A stretch of 33,805 nucleotides of DNA, from NCBI GenBank assembly GCA_963577415.1, contig CAUYYU010000003.1, forward strand, positions 1 to 33,805. Reading direction: 5' to 3'. The DNA is from Chloroflexota bacterium. GTDB taxonomy: Bacteria; Chloroflexota; UBA11872; VXNJ01. Below the pieces are notes generated by a model, which saw nothing but the letters and a program-made list of their open reading frames with translations, was not told the origin of the DNA and searched no databases. The position numbers were made by a program, and so were the translations under genes. Of this stretch, positions 1 to 9,461 are shown piece by piece (positions within the stretch are counted from its first letter, which is position 1; each line of letters begins with the position of its first letter).

Positions 1-840
1 GGTAGTCGGACCGGCACAGGCGAACGGGGGTACGCAGACGGTCACGTCTCGATAGGCGGACCGCTGAGGCGGGAGAATCTCCGCACGGTATTGAGCCAGA
101 TCCTCATCAGTGAATACGGAGCCCAACTCTCGCAGGCCGGCAACGATTGAGCGGGATATATCGCCATCGTAAAAATCGCCGGGGCCAGCCTCCGCGAGTC
201 GCTCGAGGGTCCCGGCCAGATCGGGTTGCGTGAATGCGACCGGGGCGACTCCATCGCCGGCGGGCGGGACGCCGTCGCGCAGGAAGATGCGGGCCGCTTC
301 GGCGTTGGGACGAATTCGGCTGATGTCGGCACCGATGACGTACAGGTCGTGCCAGTCCATCTCGAACCCGTCGCGGGCGAGGCGGATTGCCGGCTGGATG
401 ACTTCTCTCCAGGGCAGGGAGCCGCGGCGCTCGAGTGCCAGGGCCAGGCCAGCGACGGTTCCAGGATTGGCCACCGATAGCGGCCCGATCAGATTTGCGT
501 CATCCTCCACGGCGGCCCATTCAAATACGCCGGTAGAAGGCTCGCCGGTGAGGGTGAACATCGGGGGAGCGGCGGCGGCCGGCGCCTGCATCTGAAAAGC
601 GAATATGTCGGTCTCTCGCCCGATGGCCGCGACCATGTAGCCGCCTCCTCCAATGCCGCTGGAACCGGGTTCCACGACGCCGACGGCGAGGCAGGCGGCA
701 ACGGCGGCGTCGACCGCGTTTCCCCCGGCCTCCAGCATCGCCACTCCGGCGTCGCTGGCGAGGGGGTGCTTGGTGGCCAGCATGCCGCGGCCCCCGATAG
801 CTTCAGACTTGTAGAGGTTCAGTTTTGACGAGGTAGCCAT
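1..840 (-). CDS. ggt: Gamma-glutamyltransferase family protein (N-terminal part; runs off the left edge)
   Basis: Not in the ORF track because it has no stop inside the window. Manual minus-strand translation from ATG at 840 gives MATSSKLNLYKSEAIGGRGMLATKHPLASDAGVAMLEAGGNAVDAAVAACLAVGVVEPGSSGIGGGGYM, the classic GGT N-terminal signature (GGNAVDAA...VVEP..SGIGGG). Confidence 0.9.
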   Translation of the reverse strand, partial: MATSSKLNLYKSEAIGGRGMLATKHPLASDAGVAMLEAGGNAVDAAVAACLAVGVVEPGSSGIGGGGYMVAAIGRETDIFAFQMQAPAAAAPPMFTLTGEPSTGVFEWAAVEDDANLIGPLSVANPGTVAGLALALERRGSLPWREVIQPAIRLARDGFEMDWHDLYVIGADISRIRPNAEAARIFLRDGVPPAGDGVAPVAFTQPDLAGTLERLAEAGPGDFYDGDISRSIVAGLRELGSVFTDEDLAQYRAEILPPQRSAYRDVTVCVPPFACAGPTT

Positions 841-992
841 TGCGGGCCCGCTCCACGAACGAAGGCGTCCAACCCCTGCCGTCCGGCGAACGGGGCGCGG
901 CAAGTTGGGGGGAGATTATGGCAGAGGTGGCGCGGTATCGAGGAGTTGATTCCGATTACAGTGCAGACAGTTCCCGTCGGTGAGGGGAATGA

Positions 993-1418
993 CTAGGAGG
1001 GATTTCGCCAGACAAGCACCGGACAGGGAGCGTTGGGAAGCACGAAGGACGCGGCGGGGCCGAGATCAAGGACCTCATCGTCGAGCAGGCGTCTACAACC
1101 CATAACTATGAGCCTGGCGTCGAGATCCACCGCAGCCTCAACGATGGCTCCGCCGGCGGATCGGGACTGAAGACAAAGGCCGCGATAGCTGGCAGGGGGA
1201 TGCTTTTTCACCGTAGCGGCGGCACGCTCCAGAATTTTCCCATTTTTGAAGACTAGATCCTCGTCGGCATCTTCCAGGGCCCGGTCCCAGGCGATGACTA
1301 TGACGTGGAGCGCAACCAGTTCGCAATCGGCCTTGAGGGCCTCGGCGGCGGCGATTTCGAGGACGTGGGCGTCGTTTCGGCGGCCGTCGACGGCCGCCAG
1401 GATGGGACCTTCAGCCAA
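993..1418 (-). CDS. Universal stress protein (UspA family)
   Basis: 141 aa with ILAAVDG at the N-terminus, LHV, AIVEAA...ARLIVMG and a C-terminal APCPVLV. TTG start. Confidence 0.85.
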   Translation of the reverse strand: MAEGPILAAVDGRRNDAHVLEIAAAEALKADCELVALHVIVIAWDRALEDADEDLVFKNGKILERAAATVKKHPPASYRGLCLQSRSAGGAIVEAAVDLDARLIVMGCRRLLDDEVLDLGPAASFVLPNAPCPVLVWRNPS

Positions 1419-1477
1419 GGAAGCGCCAGGCGGGTCCGACGCTCATCGCGCATACCGAGCCATTGCAGTGGATGAGG

Positions 1478-2518
1478 CTAGTCGCCGTCCTGGCTGTCGG
1501 CGCCATCCTGGCTGTCTGCGTCGGCTTCTCCGTTTTCTTCGGGGGGATTTCTGATTTCATTTTCAAGATTCCCGGAAATGTCCGAGTTTTCACGCAGAAA
1601 TTGCTTGGCCACCTCCCGGCCCATCCCGAGGCGCACGTCGCCGTAGGAGAGATGAGCCCCACTCTTGCTGAGAATGTCCATCTCCAGCCCGAGGTCCAGG
1701 AGCCCACCCTCATGGGAAATTCCCTCGTTGTACATGAGGTCGAACTCGCACACGCGGAACGGCGCGGCGACCTTATTTTTGACGACCCGGACGCGGGTTC
1801 GATTGCCGGTGACTTCCGTCCCGCGCTTGATCTGACCGATTCGCCGGATGTCGAGCCGGACGGAGGAGTAGAACTTGAGAGCCCGGCCGCCGGGAGTAAC
1901 TTCCGGATTTCCGAACATCACGCCGATTTTTTCGCGCAATTGGTTTACGAATACGACGAGGCAGCGTGAGCGACTGATGCTCCCGGTCAGTTTTCGTAGC
2001 GCCTGCGACATCAGGCGCGCTTGCAAGCCGACGTGGGCATCGCCCATATCCCCCTCGATCTCGGCCCGCGGGACGAGAGCGGCGACGGAATCTACGACGA
2101 CGACATCCACGGCGTCGCTGCGGACGAGCACTTCGGCGATTTCAAGCGCTTCCTCACCAACCCCGGGCTGGGAGATCAAGAGTTCGTCGACGTTCACCCC
2201 GCACTTCGCGGCGTAGGCAGGATCGAACGCGTGCTCGGCGTCGATGAGGGAAGCGGCGCCGCCGACCTTCTGGGCCTCGGCGATGATGTGCTGAGCCAGC
2301 GTGGTTTTGCCTGAGCCCTCGGGGCCAAAGAGCTCCACCACGCGACCACGCGGCAGCCCACCCACACCGAGGGCGAGGTCCAAGGCGATGGAACCTGTGG
2401 AAATGACGCCGACCTCGGGGAGATCGTCCGAGTCCATGCGGAGGATGGACCCCTTGCCGAATTTTTTCTCGATCTGCGCGATCGCGGAATCGAGCGCCTT
2501 CACACGTTGATCATTCAT
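1478..2518 (-). CDS. recA: Recombinase RecA
   Basis: Motifs GPEGSGKTT (Walker A), [19 protein letters not shown] and GGRALKFY. Start placed at ATG 2518 (MNDQRVKAL), which has GAAGGA upstream, rather than at 2554. Confidence 0.99.
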   Translation of the reverse strand: MNDQRVKALDSAIAQIEKKFGKGSILRMDSDDLPEVGVISTGSIALDLALGVGGLPRGRVVELFGPEGSGKTTLAQHIIAEAQKVGGAASLIDAEHAFDPAYAAKCGVNVDELLISQPGVGEEALEIAEVLVRSDAVDVVVVDSVAALVPRAEIEGDMGDAHVGLQARLMSQALRKLTGSISRSRCLVVFVNQLREKIGVMFGNPEVTPGGRALKFYSSVRLDIRRIGQIKRGTEVTGNRTRVRVVKNKVAAPFRVCEFDLMYNEGISHEGGLLDLGLEMDILSKSGAHLSYGDVRLGMGREVAKQFLRENSDISGNLENEIRNPPEENGEADADSQDGADSQDGD

Positions 2519-2693
2519 AAGCCCGGGTCCTTCACGGGTACCGGGCGCAACCACGAAGCCACCCGGTCAAGACGAGTATAGTAGTCGGCCCTAGGACGAG
2601 ATGTCCCATCGAACGAACGCAAGGCGGAGATGATGCCATTCGCCAGCCTGCGACTCGAATCTGATACCAATTGTGCTGGAGTAAGCAGGTCCA

Positions 2694-3749
2694 ATGATGG
2701 CGAGCGGAACGATGCGGGCGGTACGTCTTCACGGTAAGGAAGACTTGCGGGTGGATGAGGTCTCAATTCCCACGGCTGAAGGAAACGAGGTGCAGCTTCG
2801 GATCGCGTTCGCGGGGATATGTGGCACGGATCTGCACCTGTACGACGGCTGGGAGATGAGCGGAGCGGTCACTCTCCCGCCAATGCCGGCAATCATTGGC
2901 CACGAGCTGTCGGCGGAGGTTGAAGAAGTGGGACCGGGAGTAACACGCTGGAAGTCCGGCGATCGGGTGACGGTGCAGCCGCAGGTGTATTGCGGGGATT
3001 GCACGATGTGCCAGCGAGGCAGTCCGAACATGTGCCTCAATAAGACCAAGATGACAAAGGGCGGAGCTTGGGCGGAGTACATGGTGGTGAACGAACGCAC
3101 CCTGCACGCGGTGCCCGCTGAGGTGCCGATGAACCTGGCGGCGATGACGGAGCCGCTGGGATGCGCGATGCGTGCGGTGGAGCTTGCGGAATTGGATCCA
3201 GGTGACAATGTGTTTGTCGCCGGAGGCGGGACGATCGGGCTGCTCCTGGCGCGGCTAGCGCGGGCGCGGGGCGCCAACAAGATCATTCTGTCGGAACCGC
3301 AGGCGCGGCGGCGGGCGCTGGCGAAGGCAATGGGAGTGACCAGGACGATCGATCCGGCGAACGAGGATCTGGAGGCGATCGTGGCGACGGAGACTGCGGA
3401 TCTCGGCGTGGATGTCTCGTTTGAGGCAGTCGGCCTGGCGGTTACTTCGATGGCATGCATAGGCGTGATTCGACCGGGCGGAACGGCGGTTCTGATGGGC
3501 GTCCCGCGCCCGGGGACAAAGTTGGAGATCAACCCGTGGGACATCGTGACCGCGGAGAGAACCATCAAGACGTCATGGCTTCTGGTGGACAACATGGAAA
3601 GTTGCCTGCGGCTGATGCCAAGTTTGGGACTGGAGAAGATCGCCACGCATACGATCCCGCTGACGGAAGCGGTGGAAGGCATCCGGATGTGCAAGGCTGG
3701 GGAGGCGTTGAAGGTTCTGTTCGAGGTTGGCGGTGAAAACCCGAACTAA
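2694..3749 (+). CDS. Zinc-dependent medium-chain dehydrogenase (Tdh/sorbitol dehydrogenase-like)
   Basis: GICGTD and GHE catalytic Zn ligands, CGDCTMC..7..C structural Zn site, GGGTIG Rossmann motif. Confidence 0.92.
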   Translation: MMASGTMRAVRLHGKEDLRVDEVSIPTAEGNEVQLRIAFAGICGTDLHLYDGWEMSGAVTLPPMPAIIGHELSAEVEEVGPGVTRWKSGDRVTVQPQVYCGDCTMCQRGSPNMCLNKTKMTKGGAWAEYMVVNERTLHAVPAEVPMNLAAMTEPLGCAMRAVELAELDPGDNVFVAGGGTIGLLLARLARARGANKIILSEPQARRRALAKAMGVTRTIDPANEDLEAIVATETADLGVDVSFEAVGLAVTSMACIGVIRPGGTAVLMGVPRPGTKLEINPWDIVTAERTIKTSWLLVDNMESCLRLMPSLGLEKIATHTIPLTEAVEGIRMCKAGEALKVLFEVGGENPN

Positions 3750-4885
3750 CGGGGACGTTCGGCGACCAGTACGCGGTGCCGGGGAGTGGAAACGACCGGC
3801 AACACACGGCCAAACAGTCTGTGGAGCGCGCCTTCGTACGCCTGGGCCGGTGACAGCACGACGTAAAATGCCCCGCCGAGCTTGAGCATGCGCGCGGCCT
3901 CGGAGAGCATTCGCCGGGCGACCTCGTGGGACACTGTCGGTCCGACGTGGAAGGGCGGGTAGCAGGCTATGAGGTTGAACTTGCGATCGGGAATATCCTC
4001 ACCGAAATATGAGGCCCGGACGTCGACTCCCGAGATGCCGTTGAGTTGCAAGGTCTTGCGCGTGGTGGAGACGGCTTCGAGGTTGGAATCAATTGCGGTG
4101 ATTTCCGAGTTCGGAGAGCGTCGCGCGAGAACGGCGCTGACGAGACCGCTGCCCGAGCCGAAATCGAGTAGGCGGCCTTCGATCGCGGGTAGCGAATTGG
4201 TGAGCAACGCGGTCGCGGAATCGAGCTGGCCATCTGAGTAGACGGCCGGGTTCCGCGCCAGAGTCAGGGTGTGATCGGCGGCCTCGACCCGGACGGTTTC
4301 CGGCTGTTTCATCCGATATTCCGGAACATCTTCGCGTTTGACCGCCCGGAATACGCGGGTGTGCCGTTTGGCCAGGACGGTGCGTACATTATTGAAGTGG
4401 AGCTCCATGAAACGCCGATAGGTCTCACTGCCCCGGCGGCGTTCGCCGGCCAGCCAGAGCTCCCCACCCGGGCGAAGAACGCGGGACGCAACGCCGATGA
4501 GGGCTCGCACAGCATCGTTACCCAGCCAAAAGGGGGCGCGCAAGAACGCGGTGTTGTAGGTGCCGGACTGTCCGGTGGGCGCGCCAAAGCATGGAACGAC
4601 GGTCCAATTCGTGCCGGCGAGGTTGTGGACTGCCGCGCGGACAGCCGGAAGGGTGAAATTGGCGCAGACTCCGCCAAGCTCGGGCCGCCGCGAATGCAAG
4701 ACGAGGGCGAGAGCGCCTTCCCAACCGCAAAGGTCGATTACGGGAGACCGGCAATCGGGTGAGGCTTCCAGCAAGGTTTCGACATAGCGGGAAACGGCGA
4801 AACCGGGAGTGTCGGGGGTCGCCAGAAAGGACGTACTGGCGCCGGCCACGCCAAGCGTCCCGGCGTCAGGATGCCAGAGGGGCAT
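3746..4885 (-). CDS. Two-domain class I SAM-dependent methyltransferase, RsmC/RlmG-like
   Basis: PAVYSDGQLDSATALL corresponds to RsmC PGVFS..LD.GT.LL. Motif I is LLDFGSGSG and motif IV reads YPPFH. Start placed at ATG 4885 (MPLWHP), just after the upstream gene stop. Confidence 0.8.
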   Translation of the reverse strand: MPLWHPDAGTLGVAGASTSFLATPDTPGFAVSRYVETLLEASPDCRSPVIDLCGWEGALALVLHSRRPELGGVCANFTLPAVRAAVHNLAGTNWTVVPCFGAPTGQSGTYNTAFLRAPFWLGNDAVRALIGVASRVLRPGGELWLAGERRRGSETYRRFMELHFNNVRTVLAKRHTRVFRAVKREDVPEYRMKQPETVRVEAADHTLTLARNPAVYSDGQLDSATALLTNSLPAIEGRLLDFGSGSGLVSAVLARRSPNSEITAIDSNLEAVSTTRKTLQLNGISGVDVRASYFGEDIPDRKFNLIACYPPFHVGPTVSHEVARRMLSEAARMLKLGGAFYVVLSPAQAYEGALHRLFGRVLPVVSTPRHRVLVAERPR

Positions 4886-4932
4886 ACGGAAAGGGCCGGT
4901 GGACGGAGGCTGACGGTGCCGTCCGGGGACGC

Positions 4933-5700
4933 TCAAAAACGCGGGATGGCGTCGAGGATGCGAACTCCGATCACGGCGAATACCAGGATGTATTTGAAGG
5001 CGTTGCCAAGATAGGCGAGTAGGAGGAACCGCCAAAAGGAATAGCGGAGGGCCCCGGCCAGGATGCCAACCGCATCGAAGAAGGGATTCGGGACCGCAGC
5101 GAAAACCAGGATGGCGGCTCCAGCCAGCTTGCTCTTCTCGTCCAGCGCGCGCTGCATCCGCTCATAGGCAGGGCCCGGCCGAAAAAGCTGCTTACCAGTC
5201 GCGCCTATGTAGTAGGAGACAGATTCGCCGACGACCTGACCAAGGGCCGCTACCAGACCCACGAGGATGGGGGCGTCGAGGGCTCCGGCGAAGCTGATGG
5301 TCATGAGGGCGGCGGGGGCAGGCAGGATGACGGTGGCGGCGCCGATGAGACTGATGACGAAAACGGCAAGGTAGGAGCGCCCGGTCTGCTCGCGAACGAG
5401 GTCACCGTAGACGAACGAGAACATTGCGGCGACGACGATCAACAGGATCAGAAGGGTCTGGATGGCAAGCCAAGGACCCATGCTCCAGTAGTAGAGCAAA
5501 GTCCCCCACACCACCACTACGGCAAGGATCGTGGCGGCTACGAGAATCCAAATGTTGGCGGCGCGCAATTCGTGCTCGAAGAAAATAATGACGATGGAGA
5601 AGGTGAAGACGGCTGCGACGAGGCCGAGGCTGACAAGCCACATTCGGGAGCTGCCAAAGTCGAGCAGCGATCCGCTGGGGGCAGGCCCTGGACCAGGCAT
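4933..5700 (-). CDS. VTT/DedA (SNARE-associated) membrane protein
   Basis: Multiple TM segments. ATVILPAP, GQVVGESVSYYIG, PNPFFDAVGILAGALRY and F..GNAFKY are DedA/VTT-type motifs. Start placed at ATG 5700. Confidence 0.8.
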   Translation of the reverse strand: MPGPGPAPSGSLLDFGSSRMWLVSLGLVAAVFTFSIVIIFFEHELRAANIWILVAATILAVVVVWGTLLYYWSMGPWLAIQTLLILLIVVAAMFSFVYGDLVREQTGRSYLAVFVISLIGAATVILPAPAALMTISFAGALDAPILVGLVAALGQVVGESVSYYIGATGKQLFRPGPAYERMQRALDEKSKLAGAAILVFAAVPNPFFDAVGILAGALRYSFWRFLLLAYLGNAFKYILVFAVIGVRILDAIPRF

Positions 5701-5764
5701 ATCCCCGGCTCCACCCCTCAAGATAAAACTTCGGAGTATCTCACCGGTGCAGGCGACAGGGAAA

Positions 5765-6868
5765 CTATAAGAGCCGCTCCAGGCCCTCTTCGGCAAGGCG
5801 ATCGACGAGATCGCCTACAAGTTGGGCCTCATCGCGGTTGCAGACCAACAGCGCGTCCTCAGTATCAATTACGACAACGTCCTTAAGGCCAACCAGGGTG
5901 ACGGTGCGATCGCCAGAATCGACGAGGCAGCCGGAGCTGTCGATGAAGAGGGCTTTGCCGTGTGTGGAACCGGTGCGGAAATTGCCGTTCTGAGGAGAGG
6001 CGATTTCGTAAGCACCACTCCAGGTACCGACATCGACCCAAGGAAAATGGCCGGGCACGGTCAGGACGTTGGTGGCGTTTTCGATAATGGCGGTGTCGAT
6101 GGGCGTTTTGCGCACGCGGCCATAAATTTCGGCGAGGACGGTGGGATAACGATCGGTGCCGATCGCTGCGACAACGGAGTCTATCTCGGCGCCGATGTCG
6201 GGAGCGAACTCGGCGTAGGCGGCGAGGGCGGCGGAGACTCGCCAGATGAAGTAGTTGCCGTTCCAGAGGTAATCTCCGGATTCAATATATCGACGGGCAA
6301 CATCCAGAGCCGGTTTCTCCTTGAATTCACAGACCTCACAAATTTCGACACCGGCATGGGCGCCGATGACTTCGCCCCGCCGAATGTAGCCGTACCCGGT
6401 GTCGGCGGAGGTGGGGGCGATGCCGACGGTGACGAGGTGCCTTCCGTCGGCGGCAGCGGCGACGGCGGCGCGGAGGGTGGCGCGATAGGCTTCGTCATCG
6501 CCGATGAAATGATCGGACCCAACGCTGATCATCAAGGCGTTCGGGTCGGCGGCGGCGATGTGGGCGATGGCCAGGCCGATGGCCATGGCGGTGTTGCGAC
6601 CCTCGGGCTCGGCGATTATGTTCGCCGGCGGTATGTCGGGAAGTTGAGCCCGGACGGCGTCCTGCTGATCGCCGATGGTGATGACAAACGTGCGTTCCGG
6701 CGAGGTCAGCGGTGAAACGCGGTCGAGGGTGTTCTGGATGAGGCTGCGCCCTCCGGCGAGGTTGATGAGCTGCTTGGGCGAGCGCCGCCGCGAACGGGGC
6801 CAGAGCCGGCTGCCGACTCCACCGGAAATGATGGCGATGTAGAGCTGATCGTCTAATCCAGAATTCAA
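5765..6868 (-). CDS. manC: Mannose-1-phosphate guanylyltransferase
   Basis: GGVGSRLWP..R...PKQ, EPEGRNTA, SDH, TGYGYI, FKEKP, WNG and W.DVGTW motifs. The start is uncertain: TTG 6868 chosen, but the frame is open to 6997. Confidence 0.9.
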   Translation of the reverse strand: MNSGLDDQLYIAIISGGVGSRLWPRSRRRSPKQLINLAGGRSLIQNTLDRVSPLTSPERTFVITIGDQQDAVRAQLPDIPPANIIAEPEGRNTAMAIGLAIAHIAAADPNALMISVGSDHFIGDDEAYRATLRAAVAAAADGRHLVTVGIAPTSADTGYGYIRRGEVIGAHAGVEICEVCEFKEKPALDVARRYIESGDYLWNGNYFIWRVSAALAAYAEFAPDIGAEIDSVVAAIGTDRYPTVLAEIYGRVRKTPIDTAIIENATNVLTVPGHFPWVDVGTWSGAYEIASPQNGNFRTGSTHGKALFIDSSGCLVDSGDRTVTLVGLKDVVVIDTEDALLVCNRDEAQLVGDLVDRLAEEGLERLL

Positions 6869-7024
6869 ACTGCGGAACCCTCCGCGAACACGCCCGTACT
6901 GAGGCGGGAACCAAGCCGGATCAAGTTTGGCATAAGGAGCGGGCAACGTCTCTCGTGGGGTTGATTGACTCGAGGGAGCAGGCATCGCAGCGAACATCGA
7001 TGCGCGGGAAGATGTAGATTGGAC

Positions 7025-8617
7025 TTATGTGGAGCTAAGGGCGTAGTCGATGACGGTGGGGCCGGAGCGGTCGAGGGCTTTTGTGAGGGCGGCACGGAGC
7101 CCGCGAGGGGAGCTGACGCGGGAGGAGGGGACTCCGAAGGCCCGCGCGTAGGTCTTCAGGTCAGGGCCGGTAAGCCGGAAAGGATCGGACCTTCCGTGGG
7201 ACCTGGTGAAGAACGTTTCGAGCTGGGAGTAGGCCTGGTCGTTGAAGACGACGATTGGGAGGCAAACTTCTTCCTGCGCGGCGGTGGAGAGCTCCTGGGA
7301 GGTGAACATGAAGCCACCGTCACCGACGAGAGAGATGACGGTTTTGTCGGGTTCAGCCAGCTTCGCGCCAACGGCGGCGGGAAAGGAAAAACCCAGGGTC
7401 CCGACGTAATTGGGGAAGAAGAAAGTTCGAGGTCTATTCACGGGGAAGAACGCGGGCCCGGAGTAGCAGATGGTGGTCATGTCGTTGAACAGCATGCCGT
7501 CGGGAGGAAGGACATCGCGGATGGCGCCGAAGATGGACAGATGTTGCTTGTCAGCGGACGCACGGGCGGATCGTCTGGCGACGGCGATGCGGCGCTGGGT
7601 TAGCTCGAAGTCGGCCACGGGCCGCTCGTCGATCAACTCGACAAGGGCCTCAAGGGTGGGCCTCACGTGAGCGTGAATGCCGCGGACGGTGGGGTAGTGG
7701 CGACCTAGAGCGCCAGAGTGGATATCCACGTGGATGATGGTTCTGGGCATGGGCAGGATCCAGTTGTCGGTATGACGGGCGCTGAGTTGTGAGCCGAGCA
7801 CGAGGGCGACATCGGATTGCTCGAGGAAGGAATCGAACCGGGTGTCTCCGCGCCAGCGACAGCCAACGGATAGTGGGTGATCGTCGGGAATGGCCCCCTT
7901 TCCGGAAACGGTGGTGAGTACGGGAGCGCCTAGTTTTTCGGCGAGGCGGATGAGCTCGGCGGAGGCGTCGCCAGCAACAACCCCGCCGCCGGCGAGAATC
8001 ACCGGATGGGCGGCGGTGGCAAGAGTTCTGGCGGCCCGATCCACGGCGTGGGCGTCGGGCACGAGGGATCCCGGTTCGTCGACGGTCAGGAAAGTGACGT
8101 CGCCACGATCGGCAAGGATATCGAGGGGGATCTCCACGGAGGTGGGGCCGGGGCGGCCGGAGTTCATGTAGTGGATGGCCTCGGCGATTACTTCCGGGAT
8201 GTCGGAAACGCGCCTGACGGAGCGGTGCCACTTGACGACGGACTTGAGGACTCCGGACTGGTCTACGAGCTCATGGAGGGCGCCGACTTCGCGACCGGCG
8301 AAGGCGCTGTCAAGGGAAGAGCAAATATGGAGGACGCGGGAGGAGTCGCCCTGGGCCTCGGCAAGGGCAGTGGCGACGTTGGTGACGCCAGGGCCGGAAA
8401 TGGTGATGACGCAACCGATACGGCCGGAGGCCCGGGCGTAGCCGTCGGCCATGAAACCGGAACCCTGCTCGTGACGGCAAAGGACGTGCCGAATTTTGGA
8501 GTCGAGAAGGGCGTCATAGATGTCTACGTTGTGAACACCGGGTATGCCGAAGACGGTGTCGATGCCGCCTTTTTCGAGGGCCGCGATAACGGCCTGACCT
8601 CCCGTCATTCGCGGCAT
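7025..8617 (-). CDS. Thiamine pyrophosphate-binding enzyme (acetolactate synthase large subunit-like)
   Basis: MTGGQAV...VFGIPG, RHEQ (catalytic Glu), GPG.TN, and the GDGGF..N ThDP-binding motif. Start placed at ATG 8617 (MPRMTGG). Confidence 0.92.
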   Translation of the reverse strand: MPRMTGGQAVIAALEKGGIDTVFGIPGVHNVDIYDALLDSKIRHVLCRHEQGSGFMADGYARASGRIGCVITISGPGVTNVATALAEAQGDSSRVLHICSSLDSAFAGREVGALHELVDQSGVLKSVVKWHRSVRRVSDIPEVIAEAIHYMNSGRPGPTSVEIPLDILADRGDVTFLTVDEPGSLVPDAHAVDRAARTLATAAHPVILAGGGVVAGDASAELIRLAEKLGAPVLTTVSGKGAIPDDHPLSVGCRWRGDTRFDSFLEQSDVALVLGSQLSARHTDNWILPMPRTIIHVDIHSGALGRHYPTVRGIHAHVRPTLEALVELIDERPVADFELTQRRIAVARRSARASADKQHLSIFGAIRDVLPPDGMLFNDMTTICYSGPAFFPVNRPRTFFFPNYVGTLGFSFPAAVGAKLAEPDKTVISLVGDGGFMFTSQELSTAAQEEVCLPIVVFNDQAYSQLETFFTRSHGRSDPFRLTGPDLKTYARAFGVPSSRVSSPRGLRAALTKALDRSGPTVIDYALSST

Positions 8618-8666
8618 GGGACCTGCCTGTCCGGCCGCGCGCCGGCGGCGGTAACGTCCTGAGCAG

Positions 8667-9452
8667 TTATAGCAGCGCGGGACCGAGGGCACCACCGAGG
8701 ATGGCGGCGATGGCGAACTGGATGAGCAGGAATATCCACTGGCGGCGATCGAGGGAGGTTTTCCGGTGGACGAAAGGGACGGGCGCGGCGGCGAGGACCA
8801 GAGCGGCGACGGCGCCGGGGAAAGCGCCTTTGAGGAGGAGGAGAAGGGCGAGGGGTAGTTCGGTGGATTTGCCAACAGGAAGCAGCCGGCCGACGGCGGC
8901 GGCCAGAAGGACGGCAAACCATGGCGTGCGGCCAAAAAGCCCCTGGCCGGCCTCGAAGGGCAAGTAAATAGCAAGAACCGCGGCGACGAGGCAGGCGCCC
9001 ATGAACCAGAACGCTACGTCGTCGCAACGATCCCAGATGCTATGCCAGAGGTCTACGGCCTGGCGCCAGGCGGTCTGGCCAGATCGTCGCTCTTCGCCGG
9101 TATCCGGCATGTCACCCGATGGCAGCCAGTTCAGTTTTTCGATTTCGGCGTGACGATCGGCTGCGGGGACGAGCAGGCGAGCGCCGGCATAGACAGAGGC
9201 GGTGGCGAGGACGGCGGTCAGGAGGGCGAGACGGTAATCGAGCATGAAGATCGTGAAGATGGTGGGGGCGGCGATGGAAAGGCCAGCGATGGTAATGAGG
9301 CCGGGGGACGGAGCCTGGACTTCGGAGGCGGGCCAGGATCGGCGTAGATATTCGCGCAGGCCGGCTGCGGCGACGAGACCGAGAAGCAGCCAGGGGGCGA
9401 CGGATACGAGGAAGTCGCGGAACTTGATGAAGAGGGGGAGGAGGTGTTCCAC
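8667..9452 (-). CDS. Predicted permease (DUF318/ArsP-like membrane protein)
   Basis: Multi-TM protein. The N-terminal APWLLLGLVAAA and C-terminal PLALLLLLKGAFPGAVAALVLAAA resemble DUF318 permeases. Confidence 0.55.
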   Translation of the reverse strand: MEHLLPLFIKFRDFLVSVAPWLLLGLVAAAGLREYLRRSWPASEVQAPSPGLITIAGLSIAAPTIFTIFMLDYRLALLTAVLATASVYAGARLLVPAADRHAEIEKLNWLPSGDMPDTGEERRSGQTAWRQAVDLWHSIWDRCDDVAFWFMGACLVAAVLAIYLPFEAGQGLFGRTPWFAVLLAAAVGRLLPVGKSTELPLALLLLLKGAFPGAVAALVLAAAPVPFVHRKTSLDRRQWIFLLIQFAIAAILGGALGPALL

Positions 9453-9461
9453 GCAGTTGGG

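Noticed and set aside
2729-3694. Long antisense ORFs (for example 2729-3694, 5822-6715, 11479-12165, 17842-18576)
   Set aside because: These are shadow frames opposite well-supported genes, expected in GC-rich DNA, and they have no recognisable motifs.
7662-7735. CACGTG-centred palindromes (CTCACGTGAG, ATCCACGTGGAT) as extra parS sites
   Set aside because: They lack the TGTT/AACA arms and lie in coding sequence (His-Val codons).
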